This document shows, one piece after another, positions 13,244 to 26,189 of a DNA stretch of 64,000 nucleotides (position 1 is its first letter; every line of letters starts with the position of its first letter). Both the position numbers and the translations under genes were made by a program. The notes under the pieces are model-generated. The model had not been told where the DNA came from. It was given only the letters and a program-made list of their open reading frames with translations, and made no database searches. The stretch is from Squalus acanthias (lineage: Eukaryota). The stretch lies in the NCBI GenBank assembly GCA_030390025.1, contig JASTWF010000363.1:186001-250000 (forward strand), in the 5' to 3' direction.

Positions 13244-14059
13244 GAGCATGATTTTCTCAGCCCTGAGGAGCTGGGTATGGAGGCAGGACTGCCGGTAAAG
13301 TAGCAGAAAGTGGGGGCGGATGGCAAACTTGCCCCCATCCTGCCTCCATGCCCTTTTGCCAGGAGGCGGGAAGATGTGCTGCTTCGGGTCCCGTCTCCTC
13401 AAGGCGGGAAAGGGATTAAATCCTTTTAACTGCCTGTTAACAGGTAGTTAACAGGCAGAAAAAAGGATTAGTCCCATTTTACCTTTTCAGGGGAAGGTTT
13501 CCCTGACCTTGGAGAACCCCGCCGGGTTGGAGGAGTCGAGTAGGAGATCTGCGGGGGTTGGAGGGGCCTGAAAGTAAGATGTAGAGGTGAGTGATGGGTG
13601 CAAGTGTGGAGTCGTAAGTATGTGAGGTGAGTGTTAAGTGTTAGAAAATGTTCACTTACCTTCATCCGCTCTGGATCGGGAGTCCTGACATCTTCCTTGT
13701 AGATTTCAGAGACTGGCTGTTGGATCCTCCAAACCAACAGTCATCTGAAATCTACAAAGTAGAAAGGTTTGATGAGTCCTGAACACAAAGGCTCATCAAA
13801 CTAGACAGAATGTCAGTGTTTGACAGCTTCACAGAGCTGTCAAACGCTGACATTTCTTCTTTCAAGAAGTCTTGACAGATAGCACGTCAGACGTTGACGT
13901 GCGTTGTCAGTGACTTCCCCCTAATTGGCCTGCTGAGCCCGCAGGGTGGGCTTAACAAGGTCAATCAGGGGAAAATCCCGCTGGTTGGCCAGAAGATGAT
14001 GGAGGCGGGACTGAGACCCGACAAGCAGCAGTCCCGTCTCCATTCACAAAATCCAGGCC
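13244..14059. mobile_element. Non-autonomous PIF/Harbinger-type element with internal hairpins
   Basis: Imperfect TIR GAGCATGATTTT / AAAATCCAGGCC, ATG on both flanks. The right end is homologous to 2418-2600. Confidence 0.72.
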
Positions 14060-14249
14060 ATGTTGTTAATAAATTGCATTGTCGAGGGTGGGGGGGCAAG
14101 CCAAGTAAACGCCAGTCAATATCTCACAGTGAGAACAGAAATTAATTACCATTCTTAATCGGGCCTCACAGGTTCTTTTAATATACCTTTTTGGTAACCC
14201 TCTTAATTGTATGTGTTAACCTCTATTTATTGCAGCTTCTGTTGGCCTG

Positions 14250-14790
14250 TTTTAGACCATAGATTAGAGTACTGTGTGCGGTTTTGGACACCCCATTATA
14301 GAAAGGACATTAAAACCATACCAAACAGCATCGATTCACCCTGGTGATTCTAGCGATGGGAAACTATAGTTATGAGTAGCGATTTGAGATATTGGCGCTA
14401 TTTCCCCGGAACAGAACGGAGGAGATTAAATTTAGGTTTTTAAAATTAGAAGGGGTTTTGATAGGATCAATAGGGAAAGACTATTTCATCTGGGGAGTTA
14501 GTGACAAGGACTCATCAATGTAAAATTGTTACTATGAGAGTGGGGAGAGAGGTCAGGTGAAATTTCATTCTGCAGAGGGTCATTGGAGTCTGTAATGTTC
14601 TGCTCAGGGTGTAGTTGAGACACAGACCATTGCATCTTTTAGGGAGAAAGTGGATAAATATTTGAAACAGAGAAGACACTGGGGCAGACTGGGGCCGTGG
14701 GATAGTTTTGGATTGCTCTTGCAAAGAGCTGTTACAGACACAAAGGGCTGAATGGCCTCCTTTTGTGCTGTAAACATCTACGGATCTACA
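14250..14790 (+). mobile_element. Old CR1 3' remnant
   Basis: Degenerate LEYCVxFWTPHYRKDI coding region and CR1 3' UTR (GGGCTGAATGGCCTCCTTTTGTGCTGTAA). Confidence 0.7.
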
Positions 14791-15033
14791 AGCTCCTCAC
14801 TCACCTCTACTATTAAAGATGACAATGGAAGGTGTGAGGAAATTTGGTTTGAGGAGCCACTTGTGATGGAGAAGAGGATTGCAGTTGTTCTTGCTCTCCA
14901 GGATGACCCTTGAGTAACAGGAGGAATTAGCTGCAGAGAGGGATCATTGTTACTTCTTCAGGGGTTTGAGCCAAATCTGGTGATCAACAGCCAGGTCAGT
15001 CATATGCCCCTTGCACTCAAATGTAGAAACTAT

Positions 15034-16467
15034 GGGCATGATTTTCCCAATGGAGGCGGGTTGGAGGTGGGTTTCGGTTTGGGTGGGTTCCAAACCCACC
15101 TCCACTGAGAGGTGGGAAAAATTTGCGATTTTCCCCTAATTGTCAAGTTGATTTCAGAGGTGTGGGTTCCCCTGGGCCAATTAGTGTTTTGGGACTGAAA
15201 CTCGCTTCTGCTGACGTCACTTATCCAGCTTCATTTAAGGGCTGCTTGCTGCCTTGGCTCATTCCACTGGTTTTTGGTCAATGCTGCACCACCTCCAAGC
15301 TGTTATCTCCTTGAAGAATGGCCAGCTCCAAGGCAAGGGCCTCCCCGAGGTTCTCGGATGAGGCGTTGGGTATGCTGGTTGAGGGGGCGAGAGCTAGCAG
15401 GGAGGTGCTCTTCCCCTCATCTGGGAGGAAGAGGCCTCCCAAAGAAACCAAGGCTGTGTAGGTTCAGCTGGCAAGGGATATCAGCTCCAGATCTTTGTGC
15501 AGATTGGGTAATTGTTTCTGTTTATTGATGAAATGCCATCCCTGTGGGAATGTATTAAAATTAGGTGATGGCAAACTGTTGGCGTGATGGCATCTGTTAT
15601 TTCGGCTTAAGCAAATCCACATTGCAGGCTTGCGTGGTCAGGTTGGTGGTCAGAGTGAAAGGATGCCAGAGAGTCATGTCCATTGTCTATCATGTGTTAA
15701 GCAGGAGCCAAGCACATGTGCCACAATGGGCAACCTATGCAAATCTGGACAGGATGAGTGCATTCCTTGCACGACATGCTTCCATGCACTAGCGCCTTCT
15801 GCCCTGTGCAGCATTAAGTGGGTGAGCAGGAGGTTGGGGCTCCTGCTGCTGTTGCTGCTGAGCTGCCTGGTTCTGCGCTGCCGTGGCTGCTCCTCATCCG
15901 AATCTGAGGTCCATGATGAAAGGAAATAAATGGTTCCCATGCTGCTGGCAGATACCTCCGTTCAGGAAGCGCTCAGTCCAAGCGGGGAGAGGGTCTTCCA
16001 AGGCGGTCCCACAGTTGAGAGATAGAAGCTGCAGCACCTCCGACTTCGGTAGGCCTGCTAAAAGTGCTGAAAGACCTTTGGAACAAAAGTTCTGTCACCT
16101 GCAACTGCTCCCTGATGAAAGCTCCGTTTTAATGGCGGAGCTGCAGCTGTGAGGAGGCCACCCACTTGTCAACCCGCCAGGATTAGCTGGCGTGGTTTAG
16201 GAGGGTCATGCAACACGCTGAAAATGTGGTAAAATAATGAAGGCCTGTCAAAATAGGAGTATAGAGGCCCTTAACTGCTATTTAAGGGTCTTAACTACCT
16301 CTCCCGACTGATCGAGGCGGGACCGAATTGCACCCATCAAACCCACCTCCGGCAAAATTGCGTGGAGGTGGGTTGGAGGCGGGTTCCGAACCCGCCCTCA
16401 GTTTTTGCCATTTTGCCAACTGTCCCGCCTCCAAACCTGCCTCTTCGGGGCTGGGAAAATCGTCCCC
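15034..16467. mobile_element. Internally deleted Harbinger retaining the 5' ends of both genes
   Basis: 15-bp TIR GGGCATGATTTTCCC / GGGAAAATCGTCCCC. From 15318 (+): MASSKARASPRFSDEALGMLVEGARASREVLFPSSGRKRPP (Myb/SANT). From 15940 (-): MGTIYFLSSWTSDSDEEQP, like the transposase N-terminus at 55146. Confidence 0.82.
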
Positions 16468-17188
16468 ATTGGGCTTGAATCCATGAAGGTGGCTGTTATA
16501 CTGGGGGCAATAATGGGAATGGTGGACTATCTGGGAGCTGTGTGGACAAGGGAGGCAAAAATGCAGGAGAAGCAATTATGGAACAATTTGATGTAGGTGT
16601 CAGTGCCAGTGTGGGTGATGAGCCAAAGGTGAGAGAATTGGAAGTTGGAGATTGTGCTGCTGAGGGAGTTCAGAGACAGATTTTTCCAGTGGCAAAAGAG
16701 AAGACAGAAAGATGAGTACAGGGATATTTAGAATGAAGGAAATTATGAAATAATCAAAAGCTGTTATGTTGATGATCAAAACCTTCAAATTAGTCAGGCC
16801 TGGTTAAAAGCACCAAGGATGAGGAGTTTGTCAAAGTTAAGACTCGGTCAGAAGGGAGGAGATTTCAGGATGGAAGTTGTCAAGGGACCTGGTTTGGGGG
16901 GGTGGGCGACTAAACAATCAGGATTTTGTAAAAGAGATGCGGAAGGTTGCAGAGAGCGTACTATTTAAATTTGGGAAGTTTGTTACAGAATTTTAGAGAG
17001 AGGCTAATGAGACCCGGAGATCAGTATTACTCACACCCAGAAGCAGACAGTGTTTGTTTTTTTAACGGATTTTGTTGTTTCCATTATGCACATGTGATTT
17101 TATTGCTGATCACATAATTAAATGATAATTATAAGGATTGAAAGAACAAGTCAGATCCTTATTTTACTGACAGTACAGTCTCCCACAG

Positions 17189-17354
17189 GTATTAATGTTG
17201 ACAACCACTGGAAGGAACTTGTCAGAGTCACCAAGAATCACGCCAAAGACCACATTCTTGTCTTCAGTGACGCCCATATACTGATGTCCCTGCTTGGAGC
17301 TAAAGACACTGAGAGCACAAATCAGTTCATCACATCACTGCAAGAACTCTCCCA
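17189..17354 (+). CDS. TTC38: TTC38 coding exon (166 bp)
   Basis: cacag|...|gtaagc. Encodes INVDNHWKELVRVTKNHAKDHILVFSDAHILMSLLGAKDTESTNQFITSLQELS. Confidence 0.95.
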
Positions 17355-18998
17355 GTAAGCATGTCTGTAAATTGGATACTTCTAGCCATCTAAAGGTCTG
17401 AGAGTAGGTTCGCTACCTACTCTCTCAGGACGAGTATACCACAAGCATAGTAAAGGATGGAAAGGGAAATTATTTTACCATGTACAAATTAAACAACAAT
17501 GCTGTCCTTCTTGTTCTGACCTGCTCGGGCTGTTGCAGTGTATTTCAGATTCAGGATGTGAGGATGTGATGCTTAGCTTGTTGATATACTGTGATGTTGT
17601 TACTGAGAGTTTTATTTATTTTTAAAAGTTTTTCATTGACAATGAGTCCATCTTGCACCTTCTCTAGTGTTCTAGGTGGTATTGTGCATAGATGTCGTCA
17701 TTCCAGCTCAAGGCCTGGGATAGAATTGAATCCCATACTTTGGCTGTCTCCTTACAGTGCTGTCCTGAGGGTCAATAGTAAAAAGAGTTTTAGCGATTTC
17801 AATTCAGTTCCCAATGGGCATGCTGCTAACACTGGGAGCCACAAATATTCCACTAACCAGTGTTGACTATCCTCACTTTAACAAGCGCAAGCGTTGTCCC
17901 ACCCACCAATAAATCAAAAAGTTATTGAAATTGGGAGTTAGGCCACTGTACTGAATTACAATGTGCTATTCCTGATGTCGCTCAATCAGTTTTAGCTGTG
18001 ACTTTTAATTTCACACACATTCAACCAAATCCATAAAATTACTGTCTACTTTTTCCTGCATTTTGAGTCAGGGAGAGAAAACCTTGTAGCCCAGTGTTGC
18101 AATAACTTGTATTTGTAGCCAATGCAGTGTAGTGAATTCACTTCATCAGCCCTGCTAATATAGCAGCAGTTCATTTCTAGAGAGCAGAGAGAGCGAGCTG
18201 ACTTAATCCTCTGATTATTAAAGAAAATTAAAAATAGGTAGTGAACAATAACACATTTGAATTAGTTTCGTAAGTTGTTTTTCGAGGCCCCTGATGGCTC
18301 ACTGGGTAAGTGTGAAGTATATTATTGAACCATACTGATCAGGGAGGTCACATGTTTGTGCTGAATTAGCCAATCGCAGCCATGTTGCAGTCAGTCTTGG
18401 AATCTCTTTTGGCCAATGACCCTCTCCAGTGATATATTTTGGAAATGCATGTGTGGACATCACATGAAGACAGGGTTAAACTGTTATGCTGACCTCCACA
18501 GCCAAATAACAGTCCAGAACAGTCAGTTGGGTGAGGTATAGAACACCGACAACCACTCATGGAACTGATTCACTGCCTTCAAGAGAGAAGGGGTAAACGG
18601 GAAAATAATCAGAGGGAAAATTCAAGGTGAAAAGAAAAATCTTTTACTGGGGCAAAACTGCACACTTGTGTACAAGTGAGTAACTGTGGAACATAGAAGA
18701 TGGGTTCCAGTGAGATGTGCCATTCAGACAAGTGGATTTGACCACAGAACACATCAACAGCAGCAAGTCACATTTGTACTGTGCTGCTCAGGTACACTTA
18801 TTGTCGAAATGCAGCATATCTGGACTTGAGTGGTTGTCTATTTATAAAATTGGCAACTAATTTTAGTAATTCATTAATTTCACATCGTTTGTTCAAATCA
18901 AGAAATGAAAGACTAATTTATACTGATGTGTCATTAAGGAGGAATGCAGCAGTGATCCTGCAGTTTATGCAGATATGTGAATTTGAGAATAATATTTA

Positions 18999-19731
18999 GG
19001 GCTAGAAATTCGCCTCCTTTGCGCACGCCGTTGATGCCCCCGCAAACGGTTATCGCCCGGTGGGGGGCGATAATAGAGCCTCCTGAGAAATTCACCGGGG
19101 CACTGCTGAGGCGCTAGCCGATAGCGCTGCGGACCACCGGTAGCGGCCCCTGGCTGCTGCACCTCCGCCGATGACGTCATCGCCGAGCGACACAACCCTT
19201 AGCGCCCTGCCGTGGCCCCTTGCCGCCCCACGGAAGAAATTAGGCTGCGTCCCGTGAGGCTCCCGGGGGCAATGTCATCGACAGCCTCGTGGGTCGCGAA
19301 CCGGGCCGCACACCGCTTGCGGGGTGGTAATGAAAGGGGAAGTCCAGCGCGCCCCGCGCTTCCATTTTATTCATTTCACCGACCTCCGGGTCGGCCCCTC
19401 ATGGCGGCCCTTGCCGTGGTTCGTGGCCGCCATCGCGCAACCCAGCACTGCATCTCCGTGCCGGGCTGCGGCCACGGCACCACGCCTCCCTGGTGGGCTA
19501 GTGGAGGCCGTGAAACGGCCTGTAGACCTCACAGCGTCCCTCCCATTTAACGGAAGGGGAGGGGCGGTGAAACACCTCAGCACAACGCAGAGCAGCCGCC
19601 CCGAGAGGAAGTGCAGCGCCCGAGATAGCGCTCCGCTTCCTCGCCAGGGTTGTACTCCCATGCTGGGCGCTAAATGTCTGGCGTTAATTTGGTTACCGCC
19701 CCGAAATGGGTCGTAACCGAATTTCGCCCCC
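18999..19731. mobile_element. Non-autonomous PIF/Harbinger-type element (MITE-like)
   Basis: TIR GGGCTAGAAATTCG / CGAATTTCGCCCCC, flanks TTA/TAA. CpG-rich and related to 9895-10783 and 60776-61416. Confidence 0.78.
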
Positions 19732-20239
19732 TAAGGGTTTAAATGCAGCTGATGAAGGAATTTTTGCTTTTGTTACCTTTGAAAGGTTTAAACCAAGTTT
19801 TCATGTGCTGGAGTTTATTGGAGCATCCCTACTGCTTGTGTTTGTTTTTTAGTTTAATGATTTGTTTTTATTGTGTTTCCCAAAGTTGGAATGAAGGTGC
19901 TGGTAATTATCTGATACCTGGTCATGAGGTAAATCTTAAACAGTCGAAGACAATCCTGTGAAGGAACATTTTGTTCTGGTGGTATCACATTGGTGCAGAG
20001 AAAATGTAGAAAGCAAATTTCTTCCTTTGTGAGGAAAACCTCTGGTGAGGTCTCGGGTCAGGTCTTCCTGTTTTCCAATTGAGTTCTGTTCATCTACAAT
20101 AACAAATCTGCTTCAATCCATTTCTGAAAAAAATGCAAGGTGATCTTTATGGAAAGAAAAGTCTGAATTCAATTCACATCAGACATTATGCAGTGTCTCA
20201 GATTGGAGAATGTTGTTTCTTTTATTTTTTATTTTTCAG

Positions 20240-20399
20240 AACTCCTGGTGAGAACTATCAACACCAGCTTGGTCGAGATTTGGGACTTCCCATCTGTCAG
20301 GCAATAATAGAGTTTGCAAATGGAAATTATAGTGGCACTGTGGATCTGTTAAATCCAGTTCGTTACCAGATCCAGAACATTGGGGGCAGTAATGCAGAG
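20240..20399 (+). CDS. TTC38: TTC38 coding exon (160 bp)
   Basis: ttttcag|...|gtattt. Encodes TPGENYQHQLGRDLGLPICQAIIEFANGNYSGTVDLLNPVRYQIQNIGGSNAE. Confidence 0.96.
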
Positions 20400-20504
20400 G
20401 TATTTTGCAATATCTTTTCAGAATAACCTATATCAGCAGAAATCAGACTCGGATGTCAAACTAAACAGACTTCGGTCCTGAGAATAGACTGTGCAAGCAA
20501 TAGC

Positions 20505-20745
20505 AACATTCGGCACAAGAGTAGGCCGATCAGCCCCTTGAGCCTGCTCCGCCATTCGATGAGATCACGGCTGATCTGTACCCAGCTCCATTTAGCCGCC
20601 TTTGCTCCAAATCCCTTGATACTTTTACCTCACAAAAATCTATTGATCTCAGTCTTGAAAGTTCCAATTGTCCTATCATCCACAGCTGCTTGGGGGGAGA
20701 GAATTCCAGATTTGTACTACCCTTTGTGTGAAAAAGTTCTTTGAA
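20505..20745 (-). mobile_element. CR1 3' end fragment
   Basis: Reverse complement of the CR1 3' UTR and final codons seen at 22270-22510. Confidence 0.75.
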
Positions 20746-21390
20746 ATTTCCCTCCAAAGCACCTGGAAAAAAACTCTCTCCCAACTCTCTTAAAACTGCA
20801 CTTATGAAATCCCAACTGTCCAACCTTTGGCTCTCCATTCACCAGGACATTTCTGCAGCTACCGGTCTGCTCAACCACACCCTCACCACCACCTTTGATG
20901 CCCTAGTCCCTATTAAAACAATTACTCTATCTCACCCTGGCCGCTCCCCCGGTACGACACTCATCTCCGCTCCCTTAAGTCCAAGGGACGCAGACTTGAA
21001 TGGATATGGTGGACAACTGGTTGAGCCATTTACCGCCAGATCTGGCTGGACCACATAAAGCATTATCAGGTCCTGGTCTCATCTGCCAAAATTGCTGACT
21101 ATTTCAGAATCATTCTGGACTGCAAAGATAAACCCCGGCTCCTATTCTCTACTGCTAACCATCTTCTTAAACCCCTCTCCCCTGTCTCCTCCACCCTCAC
21201 CTCCGACAACAAGTGTGAGGAGCTCATGGACTTCTTTGTCTCTAAGATTGAGACCATCCGTTCAGCTGCCTCTGCCACTTCCCTACCTTCCCCTAGCCCA
21301 CCGTGCAAAACTTCCTCTAAGGATCCCCCTGCCCTAGCGCTGAACTCACATCTTTCTCCAGCTTCTCTCCAATCTCCCCTCATGACCTCA
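20746..21390 (+). mobile_element. L2 LINE internal ORF2 fragment
   Basis: LLNHTLTTTFDALVPIKTITL and MDFFVSKIETIRS are homologous to the L2 at 29900-30478 (-). Confidence 0.75.
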
Positions 21391-22512
21391 TGGGATTGGG
21401 GGTAATATACTGGCATGGATTGAAAATTGGTTAACAGCCAGGAAACAGAGAGTAGGAATAAATGGGTCTTTTTCGGGGTGGCAGGCGGTGACTAGTGGGG
21501 TATCGCAGGGATTAGTGCTTGGGCCCCAGCTATTCACAATATATATCAATCATTTGGATGAGGGAACCAAATGTAATATTTCCAAGTTTGCTGACGACAC
21601 GAAACTAGGTGGGATTGTGAGTTGTGAGGAGGATGCAAAGAGGCTTCAAGGCGATTTAGACAAGTTGAGTGAGTGGGCAAATACATGGCAAATGCAGTGT
21701 AACGTGGATAAATGTGAAGTTATCCGCTTCGGTAGGAAAAACAGAAAGGCAGAGTATTATTTAAATGGTGATAGATTGGGAAATGTTGATGTACAGAGGG
21801 ACCTGGGTGTCCTTGTACACCAGTCACTGAAAGCAAACATGCAGGTGCAGCAAGCAGTTAGGAAGGCAAATGGTATGTTGGCCTTCATTGCAAGAGGATT
21901 TGAGTACAGGAGCAAGGATGTCTTACTACAGTTATACAGGGCCTTGGTGAAACCACACCTGGAGTACTGTGTGCAGTTTTGGTCTCCTTACCTAAGAAAG
22001 GATATACTTGTCATAGAGGGAGTGCAGCAAAGGTTCACCAGACTGATTCCTGGGATGGCAGGACTTTCGTATGAGGAGAGATTGGGTCGACTAGGCCTGT
22101 ATTCACTAGAGTTTAGAAGAATGAGAGGGGATCTCATTGAAACGTATAAAATTCTGACAGGGCTAGACAGACTGGATGCAGGGAGGATGTTTCCCCTGGC
22201 TGAGGTGTCTAGAACGAGGAGTCACAGTCTCAGGATACAGGGTAGGACATTTAGGCCTGAGATGAGGAGAAATTTCTTCACTCAGAGGGTGGTGAACCTA
22301 TGGAATTCTCTACCACAGAAGGCTGTGGAGGCCAAGTCACTGAATATATTTAAGAAGGAGATAGATAGATTTCTGGACACAAAAGGCATCAAAGGGTATG
22401 GGGAGAGAGCGGGCATATGGTATTGAGATAGAGGATCAGCCATGATCATATTGAATGGCGGAGCAGGCTCTAAGGGCCGAATGGCCTACTCCTATTTTTC
22501 TATGTTTTATGT
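21391..22512 (+). mobile_element. 5'-truncated CR1 LINE with an open RT C-terminal ORF (21488-22426) and 3' UTR
   Basis: 312-aa ORF with QGLVLGP, FADDTK, LEYCVQFWSP and FFTQRVVNLWNSLP, followed by a CR1 3' UTR with a TCTATGTT-like tail. Confidence 0.93.
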
Positions 22513-22843
22513 TATAGTATTCATCTTCATTAATAGTGTGTGCATTGATTGAAGTGGAAACCAGATCCCAAAATGCAGACTGTACATTGGAGTTATGGAG
22601 AATGCCCTTCATATTGTCAAGGAATAAAACACTCACAAATTTCTATTATCTTTTTATATCCATTCGTTATTGGGTTTTTTAAAAAAAACTTTGAATCTAT
22701 TTCCCTTTTTCTATTTTTTTTGCCCCATTTCTCCTGAAGGGGCTTAAACTGCTGTTTCATACTGTCATCAGCCTTCCCATGCCTTTCTCAAGTTATCAGT
22801 CTTTCGCTCCAGTCAGTAATCTTCATATATGATGCCTCGCATT

Positions 22844-22986
22844 GGGGGTGAATTTCAACTTCGGCGGTAGAATAAAAGAGGCGTTAGCAAATCGGCAGCC
22901 TATTTTACACCCCGCCCGATTTGAAATTGGACCGCCGATTCATTATTGCCCGTTTCGCGCTGCTGCTGAAGTAGAATTTCACCCCC
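22844..22986. mobile_element. 143-bp MITE (Harbinger/Tourist-like)
   Basis: About 23-bp TIR GGGGGTGAATTTCAACTTCGGCG / GCTGAAGTAGAATTTCACCCCC, TSD ATT on both sides. Confidence 0.85.
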
Positions 22987-24282
22987 ATTGTCTAATGGCA
23001 GGGTATTTGGAGGTGATTACAGTCATGTCTACACATGGTCACTTTAAAGCAAAAGTCACTGGATAGAAATCACAGAAGTGCAATGACTAGCTGATCGTTC
23101 TTCTCCCTAGCCCACGGGCACTGAGGCCAATTGTAGCTTTCCAGATGGGTGCAACCAGGTATATGCACTGTACACAAAGCTGTATGCTTTTTACCTCTGA
23201 GAGTGGCATATTAGCTGCCCCAAGGGATTTGACTGAAAATGCAGGCTGTTCTACACCTAGATGAATGGCGCTGCTGGTTCTGGCTGCAGTTTGTAGCTGA
23301 TTCTACGGCTTCACTTCAGGAACAGACTGTATGCTGTGTGGGATTTCCTGGTTTAACCTTAAATCTAGACTTCCTTCCTGAGCACAAAGACTGCTTCCAG
23401 AGAGCAAAATGGCAGTGCCAGCTATGAGCTACAGCTGGAGAAGGCAATGACAAGGTCTTCAGGAATGGAGAGTACATCTGTGAACTGGAGACTTTGGAGA
23501 GGGTAGAGCACCTCTATTAACTGGGGTGTGTGAAGAGTGCCATTAAGCACCGAAGGGGAAACCATATCTCTGAGAACTGGGGATTCGAGGGAGAAGAATG
23601 CCTTGTGAATGGGAGGCACATGACTGTTCAAGTAGCTTCATGGGACGTGATGGTCTGGTTCGTATGAACCCCAAACATCACTTATTTTCCCTATAATTAT
23701 TAAATTGGAAATCTACCCATTATTAAGTTAAAATGATTAAAATTAAGTGTAAGGAGCCATTTCTATTGTAAAACTTGAACATTCTCCAAGAAGAATGCCC
23801 TTGGTTTCCACCCCCTTCCCCCACCCCCCACACCCCATCCCAATTCATGAGGCAGTGCACCCAGGGGGCAGCAGGTACAATCAGTTCTACATAATTCTAA
23901 ATTAATTTTCAGCGTACGGTCCTGCCTCAGCTGAGATGACCTATTTCAATACAGTCTGGGAATGGAGGCCAAGACCATGTGGTCTGTATGGCTTAGTGTT
24001 AACTGAGCAGTGCCTCTATCCATGAGGAATCGGATGCACAGCTGAGAGACTCTTAAAACAAACAAATATTGAATAACGCACAGGCTGGAGTATGTCCCAA
24101 GACAGTAATGCTGGAGTGCTGGACTGGTTGAAATGCCATTGTAACCTTGAAAGCCCACTTGAGTTGTTTGCTAATATCAGCTGAAATTGAGATGCGCTAC
24201 TGTACTCTGCTAGAGAATATATTGAAGGAGTTTGTGGACGATTGTTTTTTTTCTTACTGTTTTCCAACAAACATTTTTCTTC

Positions 24283-24712
24283 TGGTGGCAGCACTCTCGT
24301 CTCTGAGTCGGAAGGTTGTGGGTTCAAGTCCAGAGACTTGAGCACAAAAATCTAAGCTGACACTTCAGTCCAGTACTGAGGGAGTACTGCGCTGTTGGAG
24401 GTGCCGTCTTTCGGATGATATGTTAAACCGAGGCCCCGTCTGCTCTTTCTCAGGTGGACGTAAAAGATCCCATGGCACTATTTCAAAGAAGAGCAGGGGA
24501 GTTATCCCCAGTGTCCTGGCCAATATTTATCCCTCGATCAACATAACAAAAACTGATTATCTGGTCATTATTACATTGCTGTTTGTGGGAGCTTGCTGAA
24601 TGCAAATTGGCTGCCGCGTTTCCCACATTACAACAGTGACTACGCTTCAAAATTACTTCATTGGCTATAAAGCGCTTTGGGATGTCCGGCGGTCGTGAAA
24701 TGCAAGTCATTT
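24283..24712 (+). mobile_element. tRNA-derived DeuSINE-type SINE (SacSINE1-like)
   Basis: B-box GGTTCAAGTCC, central block TTAAACCGAGGCCCCGTCTGCTCT...AAAAGATCCCATGGCACT recognisable as a Deu-domain, and an L2-like tail AAAGCGCTTTGGGATGTCC. Confidence 0.75.
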
Positions 24713-24887
24713 TTCCTATTTTTGCCAGGGTACTTTCTATCAAACAGGAGTGGTTGGTAGGCTTCTGTGACCAAATTATGTGACTTAGACATATGATATT
24801 GTACCATGTAATTTGAACAGCTGTGATATCGGGATTTATTTCACTGCATGTAATCTCATTCCTTTAAAATAAGTTTGTTTCTTGCAG

Positions 24888-24961
24888 AGAGATCTCTTTA
24901 ACCTGTTGCTGATCCATGCTGCTTTAAAATCAGACAGCAGATCTCACCAGAAACTAGCCAG
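24888..24961 (+). CDS. TTC38: TTC38 coding exon (74 bp)
   Basis: ttgcag|...|gtatgt. Encodes RDLFNLLLIHAALKSDSRSHQKLA(R). Confidence 0.95.
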
Positions 24962-25387
24962 GTATGTGGTCAAGATTTTGTTCAACTATATGTTGTCTTT
25001 TTAAAGGAGGGGCGGAATGGAGGGGTGACATAATCACACCATTACCAAGGTGGACTGATACAATTGGACGTCACCTTTGGTATCTGGATTTCCACCCAGC
25101 CCAGCTAGTTGGGATGAATATTTATTCACTTTAAGCACGTTTACAATAGCAAATAGCAGTTTGGCCGTATGTTTCATTCTGATGTTCATTGATCCAGTTT
25201 GTGTCCCAGGGCAGCATAAATAGACCAGTTGTTCTGTGATATAACATTTAAAAAGACATTCACTGTGCCTGCACAGAGAGACAGAAGAAACATTGTTAAT
25301 TTGAAGCACCTGATCTCATTAAATGGATACGGAGCTAGAATTTGAGTTGTGTAATTCAGTCTAACATTGGATGGCTATTAAGTAGAA

Positions 25388-25573
25388 GCATAGAATCTTG
25401 CAGCATAGAAGGAGGTCACTCAGCCTATTGTGCCTGGACCGGCTCTTTGAAAGAGCTATCCAATTAGTCCTACTCCCCTGCTATTTCCCTGTAGCCCTGC
25501 AAATTTTTCCTTTTCTAGTATATATCCAGCTCCCTTTTGAAAGTTAATATTGAAGCTGCTTCCACCACCCTTT
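25388..25573 (-). mobile_element. CR1 3' end fragment
   Basis: Homologous to 32187-32390 and 61617-61820. Confidence 0.75.
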
Positions 25574-26189
25574 TTCCTGACTGAAAATAGCTTGGGCAAG
25601 CTTTCCCTGGTAATTGCTGTACGACAGTACTGTAAGAAGAATGGTGGTCAGTAAATCCATAAACCACACAGAGTTTTGGTCCATAACTCCACATCAGAGA
25701 ATAGGCTTGGAGATTCCATGTGTAAGCATTATTAGATGCCTGAAGCTTAGCTCATTTGAACAGCCTTGAACTAATCAGTTCAAATGATCTTAAGTTGCCC
25801 AATTCAGTTACAGCTGGAACACTGCACGCTACTGAGTAAATTAGCGCAATCACTCGCTTGCCAGAGTCATCAAAAATGTAGATACAACAGGAATTTATAA
25901 CACTTTTATAATAACATGATTAATACACCATCAAATTGAGCATTAAGGAGTACATGAGAATTTGCAAACTCCAGCATGGTTTAGGTATACCACAATAACT
26001 CATTATCAGCTGGGCTCTATTTAATACAACAAGGATTGGCTCATCATACAAGATTACATAAATTGGCAAAGTTATTCATTTGCACAGGTGACATATTAAC
26101 AGTTTTGAATAACAAGTCTATCCAGATATGTTCAAAATCTATTTCAGTGTACTCTTTTGTGTGGACACTAAACCAAATAAACTGTTACT

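Noticed and set aside
18965..19716. CpG island or GC-rich ORFs suggesting a gene promoter (also 9967-10373 and 60706-61325)
   Set aside because: The GC-rich blocks coincide exactly with TIR-bounded MITEs, and the ORFs have no recognisable domains.
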